Source: Mobula hypostoma (taxonomy: Eukaryota). From it: a stretch of DNA of 64,000 nt. Positions 48,852 through 61,391 of this stretch are shown piece after piece (positions within the stretch are counted from its first letter, which is position 1; every line of letters begins with the position of its first letter). A model generated the notes under the pieces. The model was given only the letters and a program-made list of their open reading frames with translations. It did not search any database and had not been told where the DNA came from. The stretch covers positions 17,610,001-17,674,000 of the forward strand of contig NC_086118.1 in the NCBI RefSeq assembly GCF_963921235.1, in the 5' to 3' direction. The position numbers and the translations under genes were made by a program.

Positions 48852-51800
48852 GTAAGGATGATCACTTTTGGTGATGCCATCATCTACACTTGGAATTAAA
48901 ATTAATCTTGCATCCTTTAGTCCTCTTTTCAGAAACCACTTTTGTGTATGTATAAGGGATATCCAGCTTTGTGTCATGCTTTTATGCCAATTTGCCTTTG
49001 GTCTAGTTCACAATGTAGGCAGCTAATGCAGAAAACCATTATCATTGTTTTCCTCATTCATCTTATAAATTAACTGAGGACTTTTATTTTTCTTGTAAGC
49101 TTAACAATTAGTGGTTGTGGCTGTGCTGTGCGGAAACTGAAGAGACAAAGATGCTCCAAACATATGTCTCAATATTTTCGTGGTATCAAGAATTGAATGA
49201 TAAAGATGCAGTAATGTTTAATATAGTCAGCAATGAGAAATGATGAAATATCTGGAAAATAACCAAGTTTAGGAAGCTGAATGAAATGGTTTCCTATTTA
49301 TTTGAAATCTTGAATATCTGGATTTTTTTTCATGACATTTGAAAGTAATCTGACAAATTAATTTATTTTTGAGTAATTGTTTTTGAAACTCATAAATGTT
49401 ACTGCAATATTAATAGCAGCAGAACCACTATTTTTCTTTGTGTGATTGGCCATTCGTGATTGAGCTCATTTTTTACTGTTGAAATATTTGTATCACATTA
49501 TGAACAGATATAACTCTACAATTATTAGTACACTTCAGCTCCTACTGAATCACAGAGTCGTGCTGAATCTTGTGTCTTTAGATGTACTTATAATTATGGC
49601 ACATATCAGTAAGTATGTGCCTCTGCTGCAAACAGGAATTATCAACGTCTCCTGAAAAATTTAATCAAAATGACTTTTACTGCTCCTAATCTTCTGTGAA
49701 GAAGAGGATGTTCAATAACGTTCGTCTCCTTTGAGGCTTATTCATTTTTATTGATGTCTTTTATTTTGCGCATAATCCGTTTCTTCATTTTTCTCAGTAT
49801 ATTTGAAAAATGAAATGATGTCTTATTTCAATTTTTTTTTCCTCCAAGGTTAAGTAGTTGCGATGCTACCTTCATTACTCGGGGCAATATTCTCACTGTA
49901 GCCATAAGAAAAAGAAGGGATGTTGATCACGATTATAGAAACTCTTAAGGGGAAGCATATTCCGAAAAGCACATGCTCTTGAGTAGGGTGTGATGTAAAA
50001 AATAGATTTTAAAAACATTACTTCCATTCAGCCAACTATGTTTATAATGTATTCGTGTTATTAGCTGGTTACCAATCTATTTTCTGGAAGTGAGTTGGTT
50101 ATTTATGTAGTATAATAAGGCTCTGCATTAATTACCATTTTAAATCTTGACACTGGCTGAGTGGGCTTCCTGGGCTTGGGGAAAGGCAACAGCTAAAAAG
50201 AAGTGAGACTGCTAATCCTGAGGGTAAATGCTATTTCATTTACTTGTTGGTTCTAGTCCATTTGGTTCCCTATTCCCTATTGATGGACTAACTTCTGATC
50301 CAATCTCCCTGTCCACCTCCCCCACAAACCCTGGGTTTCTGATCTCTTAAACTACTGCAGAGGTCAATATCCAAGGCTTCAATATCAGCATTCTCTCCAT
50401 TGAGTCCATCATCTCTCATCCTGACTCTTCTGCTGCCTAGTCTGAGACCTGAATTGAGAAAAATATTCTTTTACACATGGAATTGTTATCATTGGGGAAA
50501 CATCCTGTGGTAAGGAGATGCAATTGTAAGATTCAAATGCTAATTGGCAAAATACTTCAACAAATACATGGATTTACGGAAAGTCTTCCAAATCTCTTCC
50601 AATGATTTGCATAGACATGAAGAGTGAATGCATTGTCAATCTAGGATTTTATGAATGTCCTTAGGTAATCAAAGAATGGTGAGCCTGTGGCCGTCCATCA
50701 TCTATTAAATTGCAAGTAATTGGATATGTCTAGGTGTTATTGTTGTTCTCAGATGGTTGACAGGACTTAAATCAGTGAAGAAAGTTATCAAGAAATACAG
50801 ATGGATCTTGATCATCTGGGTAAAGTGGGCTGAGGAATAACAAATGGAGTTTAATTTAGATAAGTGCAAGGTGTTGCATTTTTGAGAAGTCAAACCAGAA
50901 TCAGGCATTCACAATGAATGGATAGGGTCCTGCAGAGCATTATAGAACAGAGGGTTCTTGGAGTACAAGTACATAGTTCCCTAAAGGTGGTATCGCAGGC
51001 AGACAGAGTGGTGAAGGCACTTTTCAGTATGCTGGACTTCATCGGATAGGGCACTGAGGGTGCCTAGAAACTGATTCATTATGTTGAGTTTTATAAGATG
51101 TTCGTAAGGCTACACTTGCATTGTGTTCATTTTTGGTTATCTTGCTATCGGAAAAGTTCCATTAAGCTTGAAAGAGTGCAAAACAGATTTATGAGGATAT
51201 TGGCTAGACTGAAAGAACTGGGTTATAGAAAGAGGTTATGAAGCTCGGACTTTATTCTTTGGACTGTAGGAGACCGGAGGTGGGGGGTGGGGGGGGGAGG
51301 GTGATCTTAAAGAGGTGCATACAATCATGAATATGGAAAGGGTAAATGCATATAGTCTTACCATTGGCAAGCATGAACTACAGGTCATAGGTGCCCAAGA
51401 AGAGCAATCTAATTAGCAGCCAGTAGCACTCATATCTGTTGTGATGAAGTGCTTGGACAGGGTGGTCATGGTTGGAATTAACTCCTTCCTGAGCAAGGGT
51501 TTGGACCTGGATCCATTGCAATTTGGCTACTGCCCCAGCAGATCTACAGCAGATGCAATCTCATTGGCTCTCCACTGAACTTTGGAGCATTTAGACAACA
51601 GCAAAACATAGCTCAGGCTGCTGTTCATTGATTACAGGCCAGCATTAAACATCATCATCCTCTCATTACTTATCAACAAGCTTCAAAACATGGGTCTCTG
51701 CAAGTAGATCCTCAGCTTCCTTATTGGGAAATCATAGTTAGTGCAGATCGGAAACAAGGTTGCCTCCTATCTGACAGTCAATGCAGCCACAACTCAATAT

Positions 51801-52635
51801 ATAAGCTTAGCCTACTTCTCTACTCTTGCTCCACTCTTGACTATATGCCTAGACACAACTCCAATGCATCTATAAATCTGATGATGATGATACTGTTTGC
51901 AGAATCTCTGGTGATGCGGAGGTGTAGAGGACTGAGACAGATTGGCTGGTTGAGTGGGGTTACAGCAACAACCTTGCACTGAACATCAGCAAGACCAAGG
52001 AATTGATAGTGGACTTCAGGAAGGGGAAGTTGGGAGAACACATAGTAGCCCTCAATGAGGTGTCAGTGGTGGAAAGGGTGAGCACTTTAAGTTCGTGGGC
52101 GTCAACATTTCAGAGAACTTATCTTAGGCCCAATACATTGATGCAATCATGGAGAAGCACACTAGCGACTCTGCTTCATTGGGATTTTTAGAAAATTTGG
52201 TATGTCAGCAAAGACTCCAGGAGATTTCTATAGATGTTTGATGGAGAGTATTCTGACTGGTTGCAGCACAGCCTAGTGTCGAGGCTCCAATGCACACAAT
52301 TGCAATAGGCTGCTGAGGGTTGTAGCCTCAGCCAGCTGTGGTGTGGGTACAACATTTCACATCATTAGTGACATCTGCAAGAGGCAGTACCTCACGATGG
52401 TAGCATCAATCATTAAGGACCTTCACCATCTGGGACCTGCTGTCTTCTCATTATTAATAATGGGGAGGAGATGCAGGAGCCTGAAACCCACACTCAACAT
52501 TTTAGGAACAGTTTCATCCACTTCATGATCAGAATTCAGAATGGTCTCTAAACTCACGAATATTACAGCATTATTCATCATTTGCACATTTATCAATTTT
52601 TGTAACTAATGGCAACTTTTAAATCTTACACTGTA

Positions 52636-53763
52636 CATAGAACATAGAATAGTACAGCACAGTACAGTACAGGCTGTTCGGCCCACAATGTTGTGCCAAC
52701 CCTCAAACACTGCCTCCCATATAAGCCCCCTACTTAAATTCCTCCATATACCTGTCCAGTAGTCTCTTAAACTTAACTAGTGTATCTGCCTCCACCACTG
52801 ACTCAGGCTGTGCATTCCACGCACCAACCACTCTCTGAGTAAAAAAACCTTCCTCTAATATCCCCCTTGAACTTCCCACCCTTTACCTTAAAGCCATGTC
52901 CTCTTGTATTGAGCAGTGATGCCCTGGGGAAGAGGCGCTGGCTATCCACTCTATCTGTTCCTCTTATTATCTTGTATACCTCTATCATGTCTCCTCTCAT
53001 CCTCCTTCTCTTCAAAGAGTAAAGCCCTAGCTTCCTTAATCTCTGATCATAATGCATACTCTCTAAACCAGGCAGCATCCTGGTAAATCTCCACTGTACC
53101 CTTGCCAATGCTTCCACATCCTTCCTATAGTGAGGTGAGCAGAACTGGACACAATACTCCAAGTGTGGCCTAACCAGAGTTTTATAGAGCTGCATCATTA
53201 CATCGCGACTCTTAAACTCTATCCCTCGACTTATGAAACCTAACACCCCATAAGCTTTCTTAACTACCCTATCCACCTGTGAGGCAACTTTCAGGGATCT
53301 GTGGACATGTACCCCCAGATCCCTCTTCTCCTCCACACTACCAAGTATCCTGCCATTTACTTTGTACTCTGCCTTGGAGTTTGTCCTTCCAAAGTGTACC
53401 ACCTCACACTTCTCCAGGTTGAACTCCATCTGCCACTTCTCAGCCCACTTCTGCATCCTGTCAATGTCTCTCTGCAATCTTTGACAATCCTCTACACTAT
53501 CTACAACACCACCAACCTTTGTGTTGTCTGCAAACTTGCCAACCCACCCTTCTACCCCCACATCTAGGTCATTAATAAAAATCACAAAAAGTAGAGGTCC
53601 CAGAACAGATCCTTGTGGGACACCACTAGTCACAATCCTCCAATCTGAATGTACTCCCTCCACTACCACCCTCTGCCTTCTGCAGGCAAGCCAATTCTGA
53701 ATCCACCTGGCCAAACTTCCCTGGATCCCATGCCTTCTGACTTTCTGAATAAGCCTACCATGT
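52636..53763 (-). mobile_element. Young 5'-truncated CR1, same subfamily as 37975-41806
   Basis: Near-identical RT ORF (52803-53714) and catagaacatagaa tail. Confidence 0.95.
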
Positions 53764-54319
53764 AGTGTATGATGAAGAAATCATGGCTGGCTGGACAGCA
53801 GATGACTCCAACCTGAACACAACATGTCCGTTCTGTGGCAACTTGTTCCTTCCTTTCTTGGGGATTGAGATCAAAGACCTGTGAGGGCCTGGCAGTGGTG
53901 TACAGCTGTCTTCAGCAAGGGTGCATTCAGATTCCTTCTGATAATGGCACGAGATCAGTGAGTCCTTCCCCTTGGACCAGCCGATAGCCAGAAGCATCAC
54001 TGGATGTGGCTGTGTGCCTGACGAGCCTGATACACAGCGGCACATCCCCACCGTTCTAACAGGCAGCCTGCCCACTCACTTGAATCACTCAACGGATCCA
54101 TTGGGCTCGGAGTGGCTACTAAGCCATCCTGAGCCCATAACAGTGCCGTACCTGAGCCCCTTAGTGTTGTGGAAGGAACTGGAGAGTTTGCTTGAGAATG
54201 AAGGGGACCAAGTGGTATCCATGGCAACGTTTGTGGATCACCATCCCATAATATTCTGGAACTTGGTGTGGTATTTCTGTCGCATTGATCTGCCCACCAA
54301 CTTGCCTGGACTTGTTCTC
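53764..54319 (+). pseudogene. DENND4A: Processed (intronless) fragment of a DENND4A-like mRNA
   Basis: [42 protein letters not shown] ... TGSLP ... [25 protein letters not shown] ... [30 protein letters not shown]. This is the DENND4 C-terminal region; WKELE favours paralog A from recollection. In-frame stop at 53882-53884. Confidence 0.85.
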
Positions 54320-55290
54320 TACACTGTAGCTGCAAAACACCAAATTTCATGGCGTACGTCAGTGGTAATAAACCTGATTCTGATTCTGAGGTTCAAGGTG
54401 TGAGGGGAAAGATGTAATAGGGAACTGAGGTGCAATTTCTTCTGATAGGGGTCTGTGTGTCTGGTGTATGGATGAAGGTTCCAAAGGAGGTGGTTGATCG
54501 AGATGTGGCAACTTGTAAAAGAAATTTGGGCACGTACGTGGATAGGAAAGGTTTAGAGGAATATGAGTGAAACGTGAGAAATTGAGACGACCTCAGTGGG
54601 CATCTTGGTTGGTATGGATGCATTGGGCTGAAGGGTCTACTTCTGTGTTATATAAATCTAAACCTTTAAGATTATTCAGTGATTTGTTCTAGTCAATGTC
54701 TTTTAAAGAAATAAAAATTCATGTGTCTGAATGGCCTTTGATCTCTTTGGTCATCTGTTTAGTTGACCAGAAACGTGTTTGGATTTCCTAGTTCTAAATG
54801 TGTGACATCACACTTATTTACTCAGGGGATACCCTCCACTCAAAGAGTGTACTCCCCTAATCTCCAGGGTTAAGTTGTAACCTCTTAGTCTGGTCTTCTT
54901 GACTTCTTTATATTTCCATATCATCTTTGAAATTACAAATATCTATCAAGTCATTTCTTTTAGCCTTGTCATTTAGCATGGACCATTAACCCTTCATCCA
55001 GTTTTACCAAGAATAGAAATGCAAAAGAAAAAAACCTCTTTATTGTATTTACAATCAACAGGCTTCAAAAAAGGCGGAGCAAATGTATTCAGAAAAAAAA
55101 TTAACCTTTATTAAAAGTTCAATGCTTTCTTAATTGGGAAGATTTCTACTCTTTTTTTCTCTGTAGCACTGGAGGCATTTACCTAAGTGATGATTATAAA
55201 TTGGGTCTAATGTTATGCTCTCACAATTAACTGTAAAGCTGAAGTGTCAATTATTCATTAAATGGCTTTAGTCTTTTGCTTTTTTTTTAG

Positions 55291-55458
55291 GATTTCTTGG
55301 TGACAGCGCAAGATATATTTAAATTAGAAAAAATTGAGTTTGGAGGGATGCGGGGCAAGTCGTTAAGCCAGCAGGTGGCGCAAATGTATGAGGAATTCCA
55401 GGAAACGTACAAAGTGTTCACAGATCATACCTACGACTGTTTGGATCCTGGTAACAAG
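55291..55458 (+). CDS. DNAH9: DNAH9 exon 7
   Basis: tttttag / gtagga; 168 nt; DFLVTAQDIFKLEKIEFGGMRGKSLSQQV...YDCLDPGNK. Confidence 0.93.
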
Positions 55459-55544
55459 GTAGGAAAGTATCAGGTTTTACATCACTTACCAGATTAGCAG
55501 CACACTTATTAGTGTCCCAAAATATATATGTATTCCATAAGGGA

Positions 55545-55751
55545 GACACAAGATACTGCAGATGCTTGAAATTTGGAGCAACATACCAAATGCTGGAGGA
55601 ACTCAGCAGATGAGCAGCATTCTCAGAGGAAAATGAACAGTTGACTGATGAAAGTGACAGTTGACTGATCTCGGCCAAATTGTTGACTGTTCATTTACTC
55701 CCATAGATGTTTTGTTGCCTTCTGAGTTCCTTCACCATTTTGTGTGTGTTG
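55545..55751. mobile_element. Degenerate PLE terminal-repeat foldback
   Basis: Inverted arms about 55579-55645 and 55682-55751 around a CTGATGA core remnant. Confidence 0.6.
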
Positions 55752-56864
55752 TTGGGAAAGGGCAGATGATAAGATAATTTATAATACTGATTTGGTGTTT
55801 TTAAAAAGGAAGCTCAGGACTGTAAATTAAGTTTTTAGGAATATATAATCTAAAATTTATCTCTAGTCAGCAGGGCTAAATGTACAATATGTTCCTGAAA
55901 GAGCACTGAATTCTGCTTCTGAAACTTGCTCTAGAATGCACTAACTTGATCAGTTTTTTGATCAGGTTTTTTTTTATCAAACTTTCAGAATAACGCTTAA
56001 ACCTTGGAAAATTCTACTTAAAGTAAACAAAACTGAGGCACAGCCACACACAAAGCACAAACTTTGGCAGCTGCCAGTTTACAAACTCTACAGTTGTTAA
56101 TTAGTCATTGTGGAGAGGTTCACTATTCAGATAACCACTGTGCAGTGCCTGAAAATAAAATAAAACAGCAGATTCTGGAAATATGAAATAACAGCAGAGA
56201 AATCCAGGTAAAACTCAGTAGGTCAGGCAACATCTGTGGGAAGAGAAACTTAACTTTTCAGGCCTGGATCATTATTTTAACTGTCTACAAATGCTGCCTC
56301 ACCTGCTGAAAATTTCCAGCAGTTTCTCACTAATTGACCCCCCCCCCCATACAGTGTCTGTGCACTTGGGTTATAAAGATAGGCCATGCAGTGCATTGCT
56401 GCAGATCACTACTCATATCAAGGATAACAGTTTGCATATACCTTTAAGCATCAGCTCCTGTTGTCATAGCTCTTTTTTTTGGGCTAAAATTTCTCAAGTG
56501 ATCAACATTCAATTTAAATTCTTTGGTCTCCACTATCTCAGATTTGGATTCAGATTCATTGAAGCTTACAGCAAAATATGACCATATATACAAGCACTGC
56601 AATGTTAGGACCTTAGCCCCACCATGTCAATGCTGACCATTAATTTCCCATCTACACTAACTTTATTTACTAGCCCTAGGTCTGTAGCATTTTATGCCTT
56701 CATGTTTTACTCCAGGGTGTCACTCAACTCACGTTTCTATGATTGTTAGTTTTTGTTGTAGTACTTATTTAGCTTAGGTGCTGCCTGATCCATATATGTA
56801 TCAGCTATTGACTTATCCCATTACACTTTCTGTAAACATGACATCATCTGATGCTGAGATACAT

Positions 56865-57250
56865 CTTGGGATGCACTGGGACACATCTTCAGTGACGGTA
56901 CCTGGGGTCGTCGGATGTTTCGGGTCTTTCAACATTAGACACTTGCGCCCAGCCGACCCAGTCAGGGTTGATCAGGCTCTGGCTTACAGCCCAGCAGCAT
57001 TGGTCCACAGGTCACACATCTTGATCCATAGCCATCTGGAGGCTTAGTCAGTGGCCTCTGATATGGTCCTGATGGCTCTCTTCTTTGCAGCCCCTGTAAT
57101 ACCAAGGATAGAGTAGGTTCTGCAGAGCAAGCAGCTAGCAAAACCTCAACACCCCATCTCTATAGGCTTGCTTCGTGCCCTTCACCCCTGACTCTAGTAC
57201 TATTCTACTAACTCCCAGTACTTGGGTTTCTTGTGCTCAAACGCCCAAAT
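56865..57250 (-). mobile_element. Hero-like non-LTR element 3' fragment
   Basis: Minus strand KKPKYWELVE...SQG.RARSKPIEMGC.GFA resembles the K..KY..L / EVG.RGF motifs of restriction-like endonuclease elements. Confidence 0.55.
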
Positions 57251-57902
57251 CCCTTCCACCTTTTGTCCAACTCGTACCAATTCTCATTCTCGCAATGTGT
57301 ATTAACTTACATTGGTACTCGCTTTAGCAATGTTTTAATTATTAAAGTGATTATTTTGATTCAAATTCCTCTGACTTCATCGCTTTCTAGTTTTTTTTGA
57401 GTTCCATTATTTTCTGAGATCAATGGGTTCTGGCCTTTGGATCTGTCTTAAATTTAATTGCTCCAACATTGTCAGCTATAGTTTTAGCTGCTGTTGTCTC
57501 CTTCAACTTCTCCACCTATCTGTCTGTTCCTGCTTTAAGAAAAACAAACCATTTTAGTCAAGTTTTTGGTTATATGTGCTAACAGTTCCTTCAGTGATCT
57601 TGTGTTAGATCTTGTTGAGGATAGTCCTGCAAAATGCCTCAGAACCACTTACTGCATAGGAAGTGCTATTTAACTGCAAGCTATTGATAAGGGTGGAGAC
57701 TTTGACCAAAAGATCTCTTACAGATTCAAATTGTTAAAAACGTTTTTCTTCCCTGTTGATATTGTTGACTATTGTTGTTTTCTGCAAGCAGTCCTGTGAG
57801 TGAACCAAATCTGACTTGCTATGCTGTTCAGCAGGAATACATTAAAAATATTAGAAGGAAGGTTTTCATAATGAGTTATTAAGATTTTCTTTTCATACAC
57901 AG

Positions 57903-58019
57903 GAATTTGAAGCAGATTTTTTGAATTACAAGCAAAAAATTGAGGATATTGATCGACGGTTGGCAGCCATTTTCTGTCAGGCTTTCGATGATGCCTTTGG
58001 TTTGGAGCATGCATTGAAG
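57903..58019 (+). CDS. DNAH9: DNAH9 exon 8
   Basis: cacag / gtctgt; 117 nt; EFEADFLNYKQKIEDIDRRLAAIFCQAFDDAFGLEHALK. Confidence 0.9.
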
Positions 58020-58129
58020 GTCTGTATGGCTTGCTTCAAAGTTGAACCATTTACTGATGTGAAAACATGAAGTCTAAATTCTTCTTTGACAGTAGCATGT
58101 GACAGATTTTAATGGAGTATTAAGGTAAA

Positions 58130-58162
58130 ACAAAAGATTCTGCAAATGCTGGAAACTTTGAA

Positions 58163-58204
<42 letters not shown>

Positions 58205-58850
58205 TCACTCACTCACTCACTCCACAAGTCAGGCAGCATCTATGGAAGGGAATGAACAGTTGATATTTTCAGGCTGAGACCCTCAATCAGAACTGGAAAG
58301 GAAGGGGGAAGCCAGAATAAGGTTGTAGGGGAGTAAGGGGAGAGGGAATCTGGCAGTTGATAGGTGAAACCAGGTGAGGGAGAAGATAGATGAAGTAAGA
58401 AGCTGGGAGGATGGATAAAGTAAGAAGAGGTAAAGGTATGAAGAAAAGGGAATCGGATCTGGAAGGACAGTGGACCATGGCAGAAAGGGAAGAAGGTGTG
58501 GGTACCAGAGGAAGGTGCTGGGCAGGTGAGGAGAAGAGAAAGGTTGAGAAGGGAACTAGAATGGGGAATAGAAAAAGAGAGAAGGGGGAGGGAGGAGAAA
58601 TGACCAGAAGTCATGCTATCAGGTTGGTGGCTACCCAGATGGAATAGAAGGTGTTGCTCCTCCCTCCAACTCGCCATGGTAGGTGAGGAAGCCATAGGCT
58701 GGCGTGTGTGAATGGGAAGTTGAATTGAAATGGGTGGCCAGCCCACTGGGTAGTTCCGCCTTTCGCAGTGGACAGAGCGAGTGTACTTGACAAAGAAGTC
58801 TTCCTTTCTACGTTCGTCTCACTGACGTAGAGGTGGCCACACTCGGAGTA
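58130..58850 (-). mobile_element. Penelope-like element 3' part with an embedded (CA)n/(CTCA)n microsatellite (about 58164-58222)
   Basis: REEQHLLFHLGSHQPD plus terminal repeat. Confidence 0.75.
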
Positions 58851-59802
58851 TTAGCATAGTTGCTGACTTGCTACAGTTCTTTTTGTAGGCTGGAGCAAGA
58901 CAAATTTGTACCTCAACGAATCTACTTTAAGTACACAAGCTCTGAATATTTGATCTGGTTCTGGAGAGTCAATTGAATGAAGATTTGACTTTAAAGACAC
59001 TCCTTGAGGGCTTTTTGCCATCCTGATTTCTGTTATATAGATTGGATGGTCCAATTTATGTTGGTGGTAATATAATTTAATGGTACAGAAATGTTCTTGG
59101 TGGTGTTCCTAAATGGCAAATACCCTGTAGTCCGTTCACTATCAATAATTCTCAGTTTTTGTGGTAACATATGACATTTTTTAGAGACTTTAGAAATTCT
59201 TAGCAAAACAACGTTCCTTTTTTTGACTCTGACTGTAACCACTGAAGAACATAACTTACTCTAATTCAGATCAGGAATAATTCAAAATAATCATAAATCT
59301 GTTAAGTACTTTCTGATTCTGAAGCCTAGAGCTTCCACTGTGGTTACATCTTGAACTTGTGCCCATCAAGATGAGAGTTTATGCCCAAGAATTCTATCTA
59401 TCTCATCAGAACACATCCATATTTAATATGGCTGGGCTCAATGAATATGACAAAAGTTGACAAAAAACACCAAAATAGTACCACATATTAAGAATTGTTA
59501 TGTGCCCTAATTATGCTTTCCTCTGCTATAAATGCAGGAGGAATGTGAGTTCTAAATTTTGTTAACAGCTTCTAGTGGGGACTCTCCATACACTCAGTGT
59601 TTTTGGAAATACAGATTAAGAGTTGTCGCCATTAAATCCACTTGGGTCAATTCACAGTGGATCAGGATTAGCTTATAGAATTAACCATGCTGGACTGACT
59701 GTTCTTAAACCATTTCAGTAGATTCTCTCACCTTAAGCTTCTTTATTATGCCACTGCAGCCATGAGCAGTATTTAATGTTTGGTCAGTATTTTCAGCATT
59801 TA

Positions 59803-60100
59803 AGACCATAAGATATAGGAGCAGAATTAGGCCATTTGGCCCATCGAGTCTGCTCTGCCATTCAATCACAGGCTGATCCACTTCATCCAGTCATCCCCAC
59901 TCCCCTGCTTTCACCCTGTACCCTTTGATGCCCTAGCTAATCAAGAACCTATCTATCTCTGCCTTAAGTACACCCAATGACTTGGCCTCCACAGCCGCTC
60001 GTGGCAACAAAATCCACAGATTTACCACCCTCTGACTAAAGTAATTTCTTTGCATCTCAGTTCTAAAAGGGCGTCCTTCAACCTTGAAGTCGTGCCCTTT
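59803..60100 (-). mobile_element. CR1 3' end
   Basis: agaccataagatataggagcagaattaggcc tail. Confidence 0.8.
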
Positions 60101-60205
60101 AGAGATGCATTATTGTTGCAGTTGATACAAATTGTGGAATAAAGATAAATGTACAGGCAGAATCAACATAGAATGCATTCTAAGATGTTTCCTTTTTCTC
60201 AACAG

Positions 60206-60353
60206 TTACTGGAAATGTTTGGCAGCCTCCTTGAACGGCCCGTAATAGCAGCTGCCGCTTGTGATAAATACTCTCGCCTCATGGTGATGTTCATTAAGGA
60301 CCTGGATGATGCTAAACACATTTATAACAAGCACATGCAAGAAGTAGAATTAG
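60206..60353 (+). CDS. DNAH9: DNAH9 exon 9; the gene continues beyond the window
   Basis: caacag / gtatag; 148 nt; LLEMFGSLLERPVIAAAACDKYSRLMVMFIKDLDDAKHIYNKHMQEVEL(G). Confidence 0.92.
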
Positions 60354-61391
60354 GTATAGATTCATTTTAATAAATTGCAGCTGTAAAAAAATTGTCTTGG
60401 GGTGACAGAGAAATTATAATTAATGAAATTGTACTTGTTATAACATTTCTAAAATAGCTGTTCTCTCCTGTCTCTGTCTCTTGCCCTAACCATGCTCATG
60501 CTCAGACCATTGTTCACTCAGTTTGCTACTGTTTAAAATTTAAACTAACATCCCCCATCACTGGATTGCTTTTTGGTCTATGCACTTATACGTACTGTGT
60601 TGTGTATCATGTACCTGTTTCCAGTTTCCATCCTCTTGCATTTGAAGTACGCATGATGATTCTTCGTAGTTACTTGATAATGTATTGCCTTTTGTTTTCT
60701 TCTTAATCTGTAATAGCTTCCAAGATTGGTTTTGTATTTCTCATTGGGGACATCAGCAATTGTGCCTGTACTGGGAACCATGGGTTCAAACAGCCTTCAC
60801 CATCCATCTCTGTTTGTTCCACTTTAACTCACCAGCATTGTGTCTCATTCTGCTGTGAGGCAAAGCACATTAGAGAGTGCTTGTTGAATACTTTCTCTTA
60901 TTAACCTAAGCAAACCTATAGAAAAGTATGCAAAATCGTAGTAAGTTGTTCAGCAAGCAGTGGTTCAGAGGGATGTGGGCAGTCTTTGGTTATTCACATG
61001 AATGGAGAAAGATGTTTGGAAAAGTATTACAATATCTGGCACCAGGTAATAACTTCCATCTCAGTAACTCAATATTATATAGTGATGGCTTATGGAATTA
61101 AAGCTTAGGGATCTGTGATTAAATTATGCTATGAAAATTAGTTCTGAGTTTAAATCTTAGTGGGCTACACACATAATGTCCTAATAATCTTTGAAGTATT
61201 GTGGAATACTGGGCTCTGTTGGTAAGTCAAAATCAGCATTGCAACAATCAAACCTGTTTGGTGCAATGTTATCTAAATATGTTATGTTATCAGATGCAAG
61301 GTGATTTTAGAGTCATGGAGCAATACAGTACGTTCAGTGGAACCAGTCGGTGCCCATCACAATCTCCACCTAGCTAGTCACAATTTCCTTT

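Larger units (their letters stand above)
51400..54389 (+). mobile_element. Rex1/Babar LINE (51400-52635 and 54320-54389) interrupted in its 3' UTR
   Basis: [46 protein letters not shown]; tail aataaacctgattctgattctg at about 54367-54389. Confidence 0.8.
50745..54650 (+). mobile_element. Old CR1 (50745-51392 and 54390-54650) split by nested insertions
   Basis: Breaks at ggtcataggt and resumes at aggttcaaggtg (the RGHRFKV motif). Confidence 0.7.

Noticed and set aside
53764..54319. DENND4 segment as a real nested gene or extra DNAH9 exon
   Set aside because: Internal stop and frameshifts, no flanking splice sites, and it lies inside a TSD; DNAH9 exons 6 and 7 already join in phase.
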